A stretch of DNA of 30,476 nt from a virus (lineage: Duplodnaviria > Caudoviricetes): positions 1 through 30,476 of the IMG/VR virus record IMGVR_UViG_3300022697_000010; one strand, written 5' to 3'. Position numbers and translations under genes: made by a program. The notes beneath the pieces are model-generated. The model was given only the letters and a program-made list of their open reading frames with translations, was not told where the DNA came from and did no database searches. Shown piece after piece: positions 9,908 through 18,578 of the stretch (within the stretch, counting starts at the first letter, position 1; each line of letters starts with the position of its first letter).

Positions 9908-11119
9908 TTAGTGTCCGCCAGGCCCATTGCCCATGCCATCTCCTTGGTTACCGTTGTCACCTTGACTCGGTCCACCATAGTTACCAGACCCACCAGAACT
10001 ACTTCCGCTAGACCCTCCTCCTCCATAGTCGCCTTCACTAGGAGCGCTATAGCCAGAGCTAGAGCCACCAGTGCTGCCCGGATCATTCCCACCAGCCCCT
10101 CCAAACTCACCAGTGCTAGAGTGGCCCCAACCATAGTTGTCAGAGGCACTAGGGGAGGCGCTTGGGGTTGCCTCGTTAGAACCATCCCCAGTAGCACTAT
10201 GAATGCCATTTCCACCATTATACCCTGCAGAGGAGTCAGGTGGCGTTGGGGTACTTGGGGTGCTGTGTGCCACTGAAGTATGGCTGACTGTTGGTGTCGT
10301 TCCAGCTGCCTTCTCTCTTGCTACTGCCTTATCATAATAGTTTTGTATATTGTCTCTGTTGAATTTTTCAGCCGCTGTAAGGGCCATTCGTCCTAGTGGA
10401 CCTAGGGCTGCAGCTACAAATTTACCAGTAGTCGTGTCAGAGAACATAGGCTTATCCAGCTTAGACTGAAGTTCTGCGGCAGATAGCGTGCTTAGACCAG
10501 CCTGAATATCTCCTGTCTGTGTACCATCGGCCCCAGGAGGACCCCCATGACCTGCCTGAGTGGGGCTCACCTCACTGTACCCAGCCGGGACTACCCCAAG
10601 GGGCTGGCCGTTCATAAAGGGTACTTGAATAGAGTTACCACTACTGTCATAATAGGTCTTATAAGTCAGGCCACTGGCATCAACTGGGGTTGTACCGCTA
10701 GCAGGAGTAGTACCTGCAGCTGGTGTGTTACTGGTGGGTATCTCAGTAGGCAGCGTATAAGTAGGGTCAACAACCCCGCCAGCAGCCAAACCGACATACC
10801 CACCTCCAAATAGTTCTTTGTCTGAAAAAGGGAGACTGTCCTGAGGCTGTTGCTCAGAGGGGGCACCTCCTACCCGTCCTTTCCCTCTCATACTCACAAA
10901 CCCCTCCTTAGCTTGCTTTGTCATATCTTCAAAGAACTTAACTCCGTGAAATTTTACAACATCAGCAGGGATAACGTATTCACCAGGGCTTAGCATAGCC
11001 GGGACATTATCTCTTACTTCGGTAGGTGTAGACCCGATAGGTACTTCGTTTCCACTGACCGGGTCCTTCGGTAACTTAAAGGCTTTCTTAGTGTTCTTAC
11101 TCCTATTACCCTTTGCCAT
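9908..11119 (-). CDS. Putative internal virion / ejection protein with Gly-Ser-Asn low-complexity tail
   Basis: 403 aa; N-terminal VRDNVPAMLSPGEYVIPADVVKFHG motif, LAAGGVV motif, G/S-rich C-terminus; lies in the head module. Confidence 0.5.
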   Translation of the reverse strand: MAKGNRSKNTKKAFKLPKDPVSGNEVPIGSTPTEVRDNVPAMLSPGEYVIPADVVKFHGVKFFEDMTKQAKEGFVSMRGKGRVGGAPSEQQPQDSLPFSDKELFGGGYVGLAAGGVVDPTYTLPTEIPTSNTPAAGTTPASGTTPVDASGLTYKTYYDSSGNSIQVPFMNGQPLGVVPAGYSEVSPTQAGHGGPPGADGTQTGDIQAGLSTLSAAELQSKLDKPMFSDTTTGKFVAAALGPLGRMALTAAEKFNRDNIQNYYDKAVAREKAAGTTPTVSHTSVAHSTPSTPTPPDSSAGYNGGNGIHSATGDGSNEATPSASPSASDNYGWGHSSTGEFGGAGGNDPGSTGGSSSGYSAPSEGDYGGGGSSGSSSGGSGNYGGPSQGDNGNQGDGMGNGPGGH

Positions 11120-11303
11120 TGACTATCTCCCTTAATTTCTTCAGTCTGTTAAGTTCACGGATAGCCCCTTGAAGCTTCCTAATCTCTACTATATCGTCCT
11201 GGAAGGACATACTTACGTACAGCTTATTGATCCTCTCATCCAAGTAGGCTAAGAAGTCTTGGTAGATGTTTTGATTGACTAGAGGTTTTAGGTTGTACTT
11301 CAT
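11106..11303 (-). CDS. Small hypothetical protein of the head module
   Basis: 65 aa helical protein (..RKLQGAIRELNRLKKLRE..), overlapping both neighbouring genes. Confidence 0.7.
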   Translation of the reverse strand: MKYNLKPLVNQNIYQDFLAYLDERINKLYVSMSFQDDIVEIRKLQGAIRELNRLKKLREIVNGKG

Positions 11304-12751
11304 TTCTTAGACTCCGCTAGGTATCCTTGTAGTTCTTTTAAGGCTTTCTTATAGTCCACTTTGTCTGTAGGGTTGTTCCATATAAGGCTTGGAGCAACAT
11401 CCCTTGTCTTGAGAGGGTGCGTGCCCATAAGACTGGGGTTGTTAAGCCTATTCTCTACATTCCTCGATTCGACCTCTCCCGCCTTAGTCCAGTAAGCCCA
11501 GTGTGTGCCAAAATGATTAGGCCCTTGGGAGAAAGGAGATATATCCAAGTTCCTTATAGCTGGATGTATCCCATAGTAGGCGTCGAGTTTCCTTTCAAAA
11601 GTTTTCTTTGAGTAGTTGTTAGGGTCAAAGAAATCCTTCGGCAGACCAAATACACTCTCTACCTTAGCCCTTGCTTCACCAGATAGTCCAGAGTAGAATC
11701 TTCCTATACTGTCTGGAGAGGACACACTAGGGTCAGACTTGGAGTTGTGTTCTACCTTACTCCCTAGTTCCTTCTCTAATTCCTTATGCCTCTTACTGAG
11801 TAATAGAAGCTTCTCTGAATTAATTTTACCTACTTCTGCCTTAAAAGGTTGAGGGGCCTTAGCTAACTCTATAGCCCTAGCCTTAGCCTCAGCTGAAATG
11901 TGGTTGCTTCCTTTACCGAAGTTACTATCAGACTGTAGCACATGCTGAACTTCATGGGCTAAGGTAGACCGTTCTGATTCCTTGCCTACTACGTCAACCC
12001 CTAGCCTTATACCCCTGTAGATACCTTGAGGAGTCATGGCTCCCCTATTCCCACCTCTTTCCACTGTTGTTCTATCTATTTGGTCACTAGCAGCCTTCTC
12101 TAACTCTGGGTGGCTAAAGCTACCTCTAAAACTTTGTACATCGTTAGTATACTGAGAAGGCTGCATGGTGCCCTTCAGGCCCTGGTCTGATATCTCATAC
12201 TTCCACTGCCCATCGGCAGGGTCCATAAACCATTTTGTATTTCTCCAGATCTTCTGGTCGTCCACTCCAGACGCCCTAGCCTTCTTAGCAATCTTAAGTG
12301 TCCGTAGGTTAGCGCCTTTAGCTGTAACACCTAAGAACATACCAACAGAGTCAGCAGGAGCCTTGCCGACCACACCACCAGCGCCAGCAGTATCTAAAGC
12401 TATACCAAAGACATCACCATATGTTGCATTACCATTAATAGCATCTCTAATAGTCAAGTACTCACCGTTAAGGGCATTAGTTACATGAGACGGTATACTC
12501 TTAATCTGGGCTACTGTTGGGAGTTTAGGGTCTTTAGCGTAGTTAAGGGCTGCGTCCCCTAATGCCTTAGCCATATCCTTTAACTTACGGTTAGGAGTCC
12601 TCTGGTCAGGACTGGGGGATACAGTGTACTTCTTCCCTATCCTCGACTTATACACTGGGTTCCCAAGTTCATCTTCTCCTATCTGAACATCCCTAGAGGA
12701 GGCAGACATAGGTCGGCTAAAGAAAGGGACTGAAGAAAGCTTATTGGACAT
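11300..12751 (-). CDS. LPD23-domain plus zincin (HEXXH) metallopeptidase-like protein
   Basis: AKKARASGVDDQKIWRNTKWFMDPADGQWKYEISD resembles the LPD23 domain; LAHEVQHVLQ followed by AGEVESRNVENR. The ATG at 12751 is preferred over the track start at 12772. Confidence 0.7.
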   Translation of the reverse strand: MSNKLSSVPFFSRPMSASSRDVQIGEDELGNPVYKSRIGKKYTVSPSPDQRTPNRKLKDMAKALGDAALNYAKDPKLPTVAQIKSIPSHVTNALNGEYLTIRDAINGNATYGDVFGIALDTAGAGGVVGKAPADSVGMFLGVTAKGANLRTLKIAKKARASGVDDQKIWRNTKWFMDPADGQWKYEISDQGLKGTMQPSQYTNDVQSFRGSFSHPELEKAASDQIDRTTVERGGNRGAMTPQGIYRGIRLGVDVVGKESERSTLAHEVQHVLQSDSNFGKGSNHISAEAKARAIELAKAPQPFKAEVGKINSEKLLLLSKRHKELEKELGSKVEHNSKSDPSVSSPDSIGRFYSGLSGEARAKVESVFGLPKDFFDPNNYSKKTFERKLDAYYGIHPAIRNLDISPFSQGPNHFGTHWAYWTKAGEVESRNVENRLNNPSLMGTHPLKTRDVAPSLIWNNPTDKVDYKKALKELQGYLAESKK

Positions 12752-14903
12752 TGCCGCTGAAGCCTTGCTCACCTGGGGTCGGTGCCGTGCCTATCCCTAT
12801 ATTACTTGCCCCACCACCAGAAGTGTCCTGAACAGATGTGCCCGGTGCTTCAGGGGGTGTTGCTGGGACAGGCCCAGGTGCCGCAGGAGGCCCTTGAGGG
12901 GGTGCTACAGGGGCGTTAGGATCTTGAGGAGTAGGGACACCTGAAGGAGGTCCAGCAGGTTCAGCGAACTTCTTAGCCAGCTCTGCGGCGATTGCAGCGT
13001 CTTGCAAGGAGTTTGTGACCTTATCCGGGTCCAGTTCCATCGACCTAGCGATCTGACGGATAATATATTCTGTCTTAGCATAGGGTGCTGTCTGCGGATT
13101 GGCAGATACAACCTGAAGGAATTGGAGTAGACGTTGACTGCGTACCTCATTAGCCATCAGTGCTTCAGTGCCTTTAGCTTTAACTTCAAGGTCTCCTCGG
13201 ATATCAGGGTCAAAATCAAATTGCATATTGAAAGCAAAGAGGGACTTGCCTAGAGGGGCCAAGAGGTAATCATCAATGTTCTTAATGACTGTGCGGATAG
13301 AGCCGTTAGCTGCAGACATAAGCATTGAGATGCCTGAGGCTGTTCTGCCCATACCACCAGCACCTGTCTGGCCATAGGCATAGGAGGGGAATCCAGAACT
13401 CTCATCAGCTAAAAGTCTAGCCTTATCAAAGAGTTGTAGGTTCTCTGCTGCCACGTTGGGGAACTTAGTCCCGAAGATAGCCTGACCGGGCGCACCGCCT
13501 TGCCTACGGAAGACTTTACCGGGGTAGATGGACATATCCTGTCCGGGTACTAGAGCATCTTCATCTACTTCAAAGACTAGGTTACCAGCTAGTACAGCAT
13601 TGTCAGCTGCCAGCCGCATAAAGCCATTCATAAGTATCTGAGAATCACTCATGTTCTCTGCAAGGCCAATCCCAAAGAAGGAGTACGGGTTGAACTCAAA
13701 GGGTACTGCTTGGTAGGGGATGCGAGTAGGAGTGAATGGATTGAGGACCATACGGATTACTTCACCGTTGCATACCCAGATGTTCACACTGACATTGTCT
13801 GTGTCCTTAAGGTCGCCTTCCATCTTAAACTCTAAATCTTTTTCTACAACAGAAGAGTCGATAAAGCCCCAGTACTCTAACACTTCAAACCGAAGTGGAC
13901 TCTGGCCTACACCACCATCTTCCATAGCAGTTTCCCACCATGCCTTCTCATAGTCCTCACCAGTCTCAATAGCTTTGCTGATAGCACTACGGCGGAAGTA
14001 GGGTCGTTTAGTCAGGGCACGGAGTTTGCTACGAGACATCTTATGACGTTCAATAACGTACTCTGCCTCATCCATATTGGTTGCATCAGGGTCAGGGTAG
14101 AAATTCCAGACAGATGTGAAAGTCAGAGAGGGGATAGTCTTGACGATAGGGTCGTACTTACCGTCCGTCTCATCCCAGTTAGGATACTCTTTATTAATAG
14201 AGAAAGGTCCCTTAAGGATACCCTCCCCAAATAGGACCTGTTCAAAGACTGTGCTGCGGAGGTGCTTGTTGGCCTGAGCCTCTTCCAACTGATCGTGAAT
14301 CTTCTTCTCCATCTTCTTAGCTGCCACCTGTGCAGGATGGAACGTAATACTCTTACCTGTTGTACCTTCACCTTCAATTATCTTATCACTGATAGGAGCC
14401 AACTTATCCTTCATGCCACCAAGCCTACCCTCAAGGTCTGCCATAGTGTCACCGGGCTTAAGTTCAGTGTCAGGGCCGATAAGGTATGGTTCTGCAGGTT
14501 CATCCTCAGTGGACTTGTCAAGAGGACCGGGCGCACCTAGGTTAATATGGACAGCCTCTGCGACACCGTCTGGCAACATAGTAGGGTCAATAGATAGTGG
14601 GAATTTGAAGGAGCCGAAGAGTACGTCAATGATCTGACCGTAGGCTGCAAGGACTTTAGTCTTGGTAACCTTGACAAAGATACGTGACTTCTCTGCCTCT
14701 GTGAACTGAACGTCAGGACCGTACAGACCCCGATAGTTACGGTAAGCATCTAGCCAGCGGACCTCATCCTTGTGCCTAGCCGTTTTGGCTTTCTCAAAGG
14801 AGGACTTAACGTAGTCTACTACCGGGTCATACCTTTTGGCTGAGCTGTCAGGGACAGCAGTTGAGGTATCAGAGTCTATATGTACGTCTGTTTGCAACAT
14901 CAT
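12741..14903 (-). CDS. Portal protein
   Basis: 720 aa after TerL; SVWNFYPDP.A....AEYVIERH and FFGIGLAE motifs; Pro-rich C-terminal tail. Confidence 0.9.
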   Translation of the reverse strand: MMLQTDVHIDSDTSTAVPDSSAKRYDPVVDYVKSSFEKAKTARHKDEVRWLDAYRNYRGLYGPDVQFTEAEKSRIFVKVTKTKVLAAYGQIIDVLFGSFKFPLSIDPTMLPDGVAEAVHINLGAPGPLDKSTEDEPAEPYLIGPDTELKPGDTMADLEGRLGGMKDKLAPISDKIIEGEGTTGKSITFHPAQVAAKKMEKKIHDQLEEAQANKHLRSTVFEQVLFGEGILKGPFSINKEYPNWDETDGKYDPIVKTIPSLTFTSVWNFYPDPDATNMDEAEYVIERHKMSRSKLRALTKRPYFRRSAISKAIETGEDYEKAWWETAMEDGGVGQSPLRFEVLEYWGFIDSSVVEKDLEFKMEGDLKDTDNVSVNIWVCNGEVIRMVLNPFTPTRIPYQAVPFEFNPYSFFGIGLAENMSDSQILMNGFMRLAADNAVLAGNLVFEVDEDALVPGQDMSIYPGKVFRRQGGAPGQAIFGTKFPNVAAENLQLFDKARLLADESSGFPSYAYGQTGAGGMGRTASGISMLMSAANGSIRTVIKNIDDYLLAPLGKSLFAFNMQFDFDPDIRGDLEVKAKGTEALMANEVRSQRLLQFLQVVSANPQTAPYAKTEYIIRQIARSMELDPDKVTNSLQDAAIAAELAKKFAEPAGPPSGVPTPQDPNAPVAPPQGPPAAPGPVPATPPEAPGTSVQDTSGGGASNIGIGTAPTPGEQGFSGNVQ

Positions 14904-16456
14904 TAATATCCGAATACTTTGTCAGCTGGCTTCACACTGTAGCTGTTTGTTTTTACAGGACTGCGGTCCCATACGCTTGACCTAGGCCTTGACTGGATAC
15001 CGTAGCGTATGGCATCGTAAAGGTGGTCCTCTGAGTTCGTGTCAACATCCTCTGGGTTTCTTTTGTCCAGAGGTAGGTTAGGTATTTGTGAGATGATATT
15101 GGTACAGGTATTAAAGATGAGTAGTCTAGGCTCTCCAGTGAAGTCGTCTACCTGAAGTCTTCTATGCAACTCATTCTTCCCTGCTACCCTAGAGCCTTTA
15201 GACCTGTCCGAGGGACGCCACCTACAGCCTCTCCTAATCATCTGCTCTGCGAGGCTAGGACCAGGGTCTCCCCTTCTGTGCCACAGGGACGAGTCAAGGA
15301 CCCCATACTGCACACCCTCATACCTCTCAGCTTCAAGGATCATATCTGCAAGGTCTATCGCTAGTACCTTATGTACGTACAATTCCCTGTAGATAAGTAG
15401 TTGTTGTTTAGGGGTCATTGCAAACCATACAACAGCAGAGTATGATCCATAACCATAGTCAGCTGCTCTAAACTTTCTCCAACTTTTAGGTATATCAAAA
15501 GGTTCTACAACATGAATGTCCCTGTTAAACTCTGGGAAGGCTGCACCCTCGTTAACATCCCAACTACCTTCTAGCAGTCTCTTCCTCTCATTCTCAGGGA
15601 GGGATAGAAGAGTAGCCTCATAGGCACCGTCCTCCATCAAGTAAGGATTATCCAGTAGCCTGGCTGGAATGAACTTCCTCCTGAAGATAGGCTTGTCAGC
15701 GAACTTAGAGTGACTAGAAGGATACTTCAGTACCGCTCCTGTCTCAATGTCTGTAGCCCAGAAAGCTTTATTAGCTGGTGACGGATCAATAAACATCTTC
15801 TTTACCCACTGATGGCCTAAGCCGCCGGGGTTACTCGTAGCCCTCATATAGAGACCCACCTTACTCTTAATATCTTTAGTGGAGCGTAGCCGAGACCTCA
15901 TGTAGTCCCAAGCGTAAGGGGAAGGCCACTGAGTAAGTTCATCGAATCCTATCCAAGTATAAGCCTGCCCTTGGTAGCGAGTAACATCATCATCTTTATC
16001 AAGGTATGACATCCATAGGGTACCACCGTTAGGTGCCTCCCACTGAGACTTTCTCTCACTCCATCTAATACCAGGAATAGCTTTAGGGTAGAGTTCCTTA
16101 GACTTAGCGATGAGTTCCCTCAACTCTTCTGTTGTATGCCGGACTAGCAGTCCTGAGAAGCCCTCTTGTCCAAGTCCCCTCAAAGGGTCTGCCAACATAG
16201 CATAACTCTTACCACCACCAGCTGAACCACCATAGAGTATCTCTCTTTCAGAGGAGGCAAGGAAGTCTGTCTGAGGCCCAGGGTTGGGCGCAAAGATTAC
16301 TTTCTGTTTAGGCGGTCTGACACGAGCTGGTGTCTTGGGTTCCTTTGGAGGCGTCGAGTCTTTTGTTTTCGAGCTTGTCGAGTTCTTCGAGCGCCTTGGC
16401 GTACTCTTTAGCAATCTTTCGTGCAATATCCGCTGCTCTTTTGCGCTTATTCTCAA
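14903..16456 (-). CDS. terL: Terminase large subunit
   Basis: Walker A YGGSAGGGKS, Walker B WIGFDELTQW, motif III ATSNPGG, RNaseH-like DYG..and DHLYDAIRY. The start (TTG) is uncertain. Confidence 0.95.
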   Translation of the reverse strand: MRISAKEQRILHERLLKSTPRRSKNSTSSKTKDSTPPKEPKTPARVRPPKQKVIFAPNPGPQTDFLASSEREILYGGSAGGGKSYAMLADPLRGLGQEGFSGLLVRHTTEELRELIAKSKELYPKAIPGIRWSERKSQWEAPNGGTLWMSYLDKDDDVTRYQGQAYTWIGFDELTQWPSPYAWDYMRSRLRSTKDIKSKVGLYMRATSNPGGLGHQWVKKMFIDPSPANKAFWATDIETGAVLKYPSSHSKFADKPIFRRKFIPARLLDNPYLMEDGAYEATLLSLPENERKRLLEGSWDVNEGAAFPEFNRDIHVVEPFDIPKSWRKFRAADYGYGSYSAVVWFAMTPKQQLLIYRELYVHKVLAIDLADMILEAERYEGVQYGVLDSSLWHRRGDPGPSLAEQMIRRGCRWRPSDRSKGSRVAGKNELHRRLQVDDFTGEPRLLIFNTCTNIISQIPNLPLDKRNPEDVDTNSEDHLYDAIRYGIQSRPRSSVWDRSPVKTNSYSVKPADKVFGY

Positions 16457-16739
16457 TGTCTATCCTACTCTTTAGGCCTGAGTGAGTGAGGGGGCGACCA
16501 GTAGTCGTCGTCAACCAATTTGCAACACGCCTATAACTATACTGTCTGAGATACTTCTTAGCCTTCTTAAGGGCTTCCAACTCCAAAGGTATTGGCAACA
16601 ACCACCCAGGATTAGACGGGTCTTGTCTGTACCCGAAGGGGATAACTTTGGCCAGCTTAGGGATTGCCTCCCACTCTTCCGGTCCTCTTCCCAGTGCCTC
16701 AGGTAAGACATAATACTTCTTCAGTTCAATCCTCTTCAT
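16308..16739 (-). CDS. HTH DNA-binding protein resembling the serine-recombinase 'Recombinase' domain
   Basis: IPFGY...LLP..LELEALK...YSYRRVANWL...GR. The likely start is the ATG at 16739. It lies between TerS and TerL. Confidence 0.55.
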   Translation of the reverse strand: MKRIELKKYYVLPEALGRGPEEWEAIPKLAKVIPFGYRQDPSNPGWLLPIPLELEALKKAKKYLRQYSYRRVANWLTTTTGRPLTHSGLKSRIDIENKRKRAADIARKIAKEYAKALEELDKLENKRLDASKGTQDTSSCQTA

Positions 16740-17097
16740 CAGACACCTTGGCTGGTAGGATAAAGACACCGCCTGTAGTAGTGACCTCAACCTTATCAAT
16801 CTTAGCTAAACCAACCCTATCAAGGATATCCTTAGCCGCTGCCATCTTCTCCTTAAGGCCTAGCTGAGTAGGATCATCGATAGCCCCACCCATAGCGTAC
16901 GCAGCCTTAGGGGCAATCTGTGCGAGGTACCTCTTAGTCAAGTCATAAATCTCTTCTTGAAGGGAGTCAACAATCTTCCCAGGACGTACACTGTCAGCAT
17001 ACCCCGCTAGTCTAACTGCCTTGCCAGCATTCCCTCCGGCCTCTTCAAAGAGTACCTCTAGGAACTTACTCTGCAATTCTGTTAATTCATTTCCCAC
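16726..17097 (-). CDS. terS: Putative terminase small subunit
   Basis: LTELQSKFLEVLF...GNAGKAVRLAGY resembles the N-terminal HTH of small terminases; upstream of TerL. Confidence 0.65.
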   Translation of the reverse strand: MGNELTELQSKFLEVLFEEAGGNAGKAVRLAGYADSVRPGKIVDSLQEEIYDLTKRYLAQIAPKAAYAMGGAIDDPTQLGLKEKMAAAKDILDRVGLAKIDKVEVTTTGGVFILPAKVSDEED

Positions 17098-17302
17098 TTC
17101 TTATTCCTTTACAAGCCTTAGTGTGTTTAGCAACAAAGTTATCAATACTCCTAATAGACCTATTACTTAGAGACTGTGCCTCTGCCTTGGTCATAGTAAA
17201 GAGTGGTATATTGCAGATAGCCTCAGCGGATGATCCCGTTGCTACGCAACCGCTTAATACTGCCATCCCTGCTAAGCTCAGTGTCAACAGAATTGATCTC
17301 AT
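17087..17302 (-). CDS. o-spanin (Rz1-like outer-membrane lipoprotein)
   Basis: Start at ATG 17302 with AAGGA RBS; MRSILLTLSLAGMAVLSG|C lipobox; starts inside the i-spanin gene in another frame. Confidence 0.7.
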   Translation of the reverse strand: MRSILLTLSLAGMAVLSGCVATGSSAEAICNIPLFTMTKAEAQSLSNRSIRSIDNFVAKHTKACKGIRSGK

Positions 17303-17450
17303 TTGTTGTATCCTTAAACTCTTTAAGGCCCCTGACTCTCTGTCGGACCTTCTGTGTCTTAACACCGTAGAGGAACACCCCTGCAATAAAGACAGCTGCA
17401 GCACTAGCTGCTATCATCATAGTCTGTAACTTACCAAACAGTCCAAACAC
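17223..17450 (-). CDS. i-spanin (Rz-like)
   Basis: Single N-terminal transmembrane helix followed by a helical periplasmic segment; overlaps the lipoprotein gene. Confidence 0.65.
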   Translation of the reverse strand: MFGLFGKLQTMMIAASAAAVFIAGVFLYGVKTQKVRQRVRGLKEFKDTTNEINSVDTELSRDGSIKRLRSNGIIR

Positions 17451-17710
17451 TACTCTAACTCCCAGTCTCTTACTCTCTTAGGCTCAAAGCAGTCCCTAGC
17501 CTTTAGGAATCCTTCTAAGTACATCGCTCTCTCTACCCTATCAAGAGTAAAGACCTCACCTAGGGCGGACTTAAGCCTCTCTCTAATATAAAAGACGTCA
17601 CTTCTAGGAATATGAATCCTTGTAAGTACTCTCTCATCGTTATTGGCTATCGCCTCGTAGAACTTTCCAAGGACATCTTCGTCCTGATAGTAGCTGATTG
17701 GTTTAGTCAC
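17450..17710 (-). CDS. Hypothetical protein, first gene of the late operon
   Basis: 86 aa, GTG start about 10 nt after the promoter motif; coupled to the i-spanin gene. Confidence 0.7.
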   Translation of the reverse strand: MTKPISYYQDEDVLGKFYEAIANNDERVLTRIHIPRSDVFYIRERLKSALGEVFTLDRVERAMYLEGFLKARDCFEPKRVRDWELE

Positions 17711-17719
17711 TATGCTTCC

Positions 17720-17752
17720 CTATAGTTATACCCGATGTTGGGTGAATGTCAA
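17720..17752 (-). promoter_or_regulatory. Promoter of the late/packaging operon
   Basis: TTGACA-N16-TATAAC-TATAG on the minus strand. Confidence 0.8.
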
Positions 17753-17822
17753 GGATTATCTGCTAAGATACCCTAAAATAGTCGAATATGAAGAAATATA
17801 GGGGGTCTATGTACGATTTCTC

Positions 17823-17855
17823 TTGACATTTGGTGAAAAATACGTATAACTATAG
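17823..17855 (+). promoter_or_regulatory. Divergent rightward promoter with the same motif
   Basis: TTGACA (17823-17828), N16, TATAAC (17845-17850), TATAG. Confidence 0.8.
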
Positions 17856-17942
17856 AACGTTAAGTTCCCCATTGGTAATATACTATCTATAGTTTATGAT
17901 ATATGGCCTATCTCTAGTGTCTGCTAGGGGTGGGCCTTTCTT
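17856..17942 (+). ncRNA. Candidate ~85-nt small RNA
   Basis: Bounded by the 17823 promoter and a 13-bp hairpin plus TTTCTT; no convincing ORF inside. Confidence 0.35.
17905..17942 (+). terminator. Intrinsic terminator
   Basis: GGCCTATCTCTAG-tgtctg-CTAGGGGTGGGCC-TTTCTT. The G-U pairs form only in the plus-strand RNA. Confidence 0.65.
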
Positions 17943-18050
17943 ATACGCCCTATATGTACATACTCTAGTAGTACTATAGTTATCCCGCACGGATATCCCT
18001 ATTTAGCTGGGTATAACCCTATTATCATCACTCATATTACCACCCATATA

Positions 18051-18088
18051 AGTCTAACCCACTAATTCTACGTTGTCAAGTCTTTTCT
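18051..18088 (-). promoter_or_regulatory. Second leftward promoter
   Basis: TTGACA-N17-TAGACT. The 16-mer ttgtcaagtcttttct (18073-18088) is identical to 8891-8906 of the capsid promoter. Confidence 0.6.
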
Positions 18089-18383
18089 TCTGGACGTTTG
18101 AAAGTATTTTACAGGCAGACCACTGCGCAGCACTGCTTTTGTACCTTATTACGGGTCTTTCAGACCAACCTACAGAGTACTTTAACCTCTGTTCTCTTCT
18201 CCCCCTCTCTTCTAAGATAAGTCAATGATTACAGGTACTTAACAGACCTCTGAACCCCCTCTGTGTGCTTGGGTGTATACAACTAACGCCCGAAAACCTC
18301 GGCCCACGCACCCCCTAAAAAGTTGGGGTAGCAGAATACCCCCAAAAATACCATAATTCTTTACCAAATGGTCAAATATCGTC

Positions 18384-18396
18384 TAAGTCATTGATT
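18384..18396. promoter_or_regulatory. IHF consensus site (a second, one-mismatch copy at 18218-18230)
   Basis: TAAGTCATTGATT matches the reverse complement of WATCAANNNNTTR. Confidence 0.45.
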
Positions 18397-18460
18397 TCAT
18401 TGGATAAAACAGGGTTAGAGAAGTGTATACACTACCTAGGGCAGAGTGCCACCAGAGAAA

Positions 18461-18578
18461 ACAACCATAGAGCACACTATATTAATAACACCGAATGTGT
18501 ACAACCAAGAGGCGAATAGGCCAGGAAAATACAACCGAGAGGCGAATACCTCCCCTAAAACAACCATAGGGGGAATCC
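18461..18578 (+). repeat. Four ACAACC-anchored direct repeats at 29-40 bp spacing
   Basis: acaaccatag (18461), acaaccaagaggcgaata (18501), acaaccgagaggcgaata (18531), acaaccatagggggaat (18560). Confidence 0.8.

Noticed and set aside
16340-16400. Programmed frameshift fusing the HTH gene to TerL
   Set aside because: It would need a +1 shift, there is no canonical slippery heptamer, and a TTG start with an AGGA RBS exists at 16456.
16532-16541. TATAACTATA promoter-like word inside the HTH gene
   Set aside because: No TTGACA at the matching distance; it is explained by the codons for YSYR.
18461-18578. Repeats as a mini-CRISPR array
   Set aside because: The repeats are degenerate and at most 18 nt, the intervening sequences are mostly about 12 nt, and there are no cas genes.
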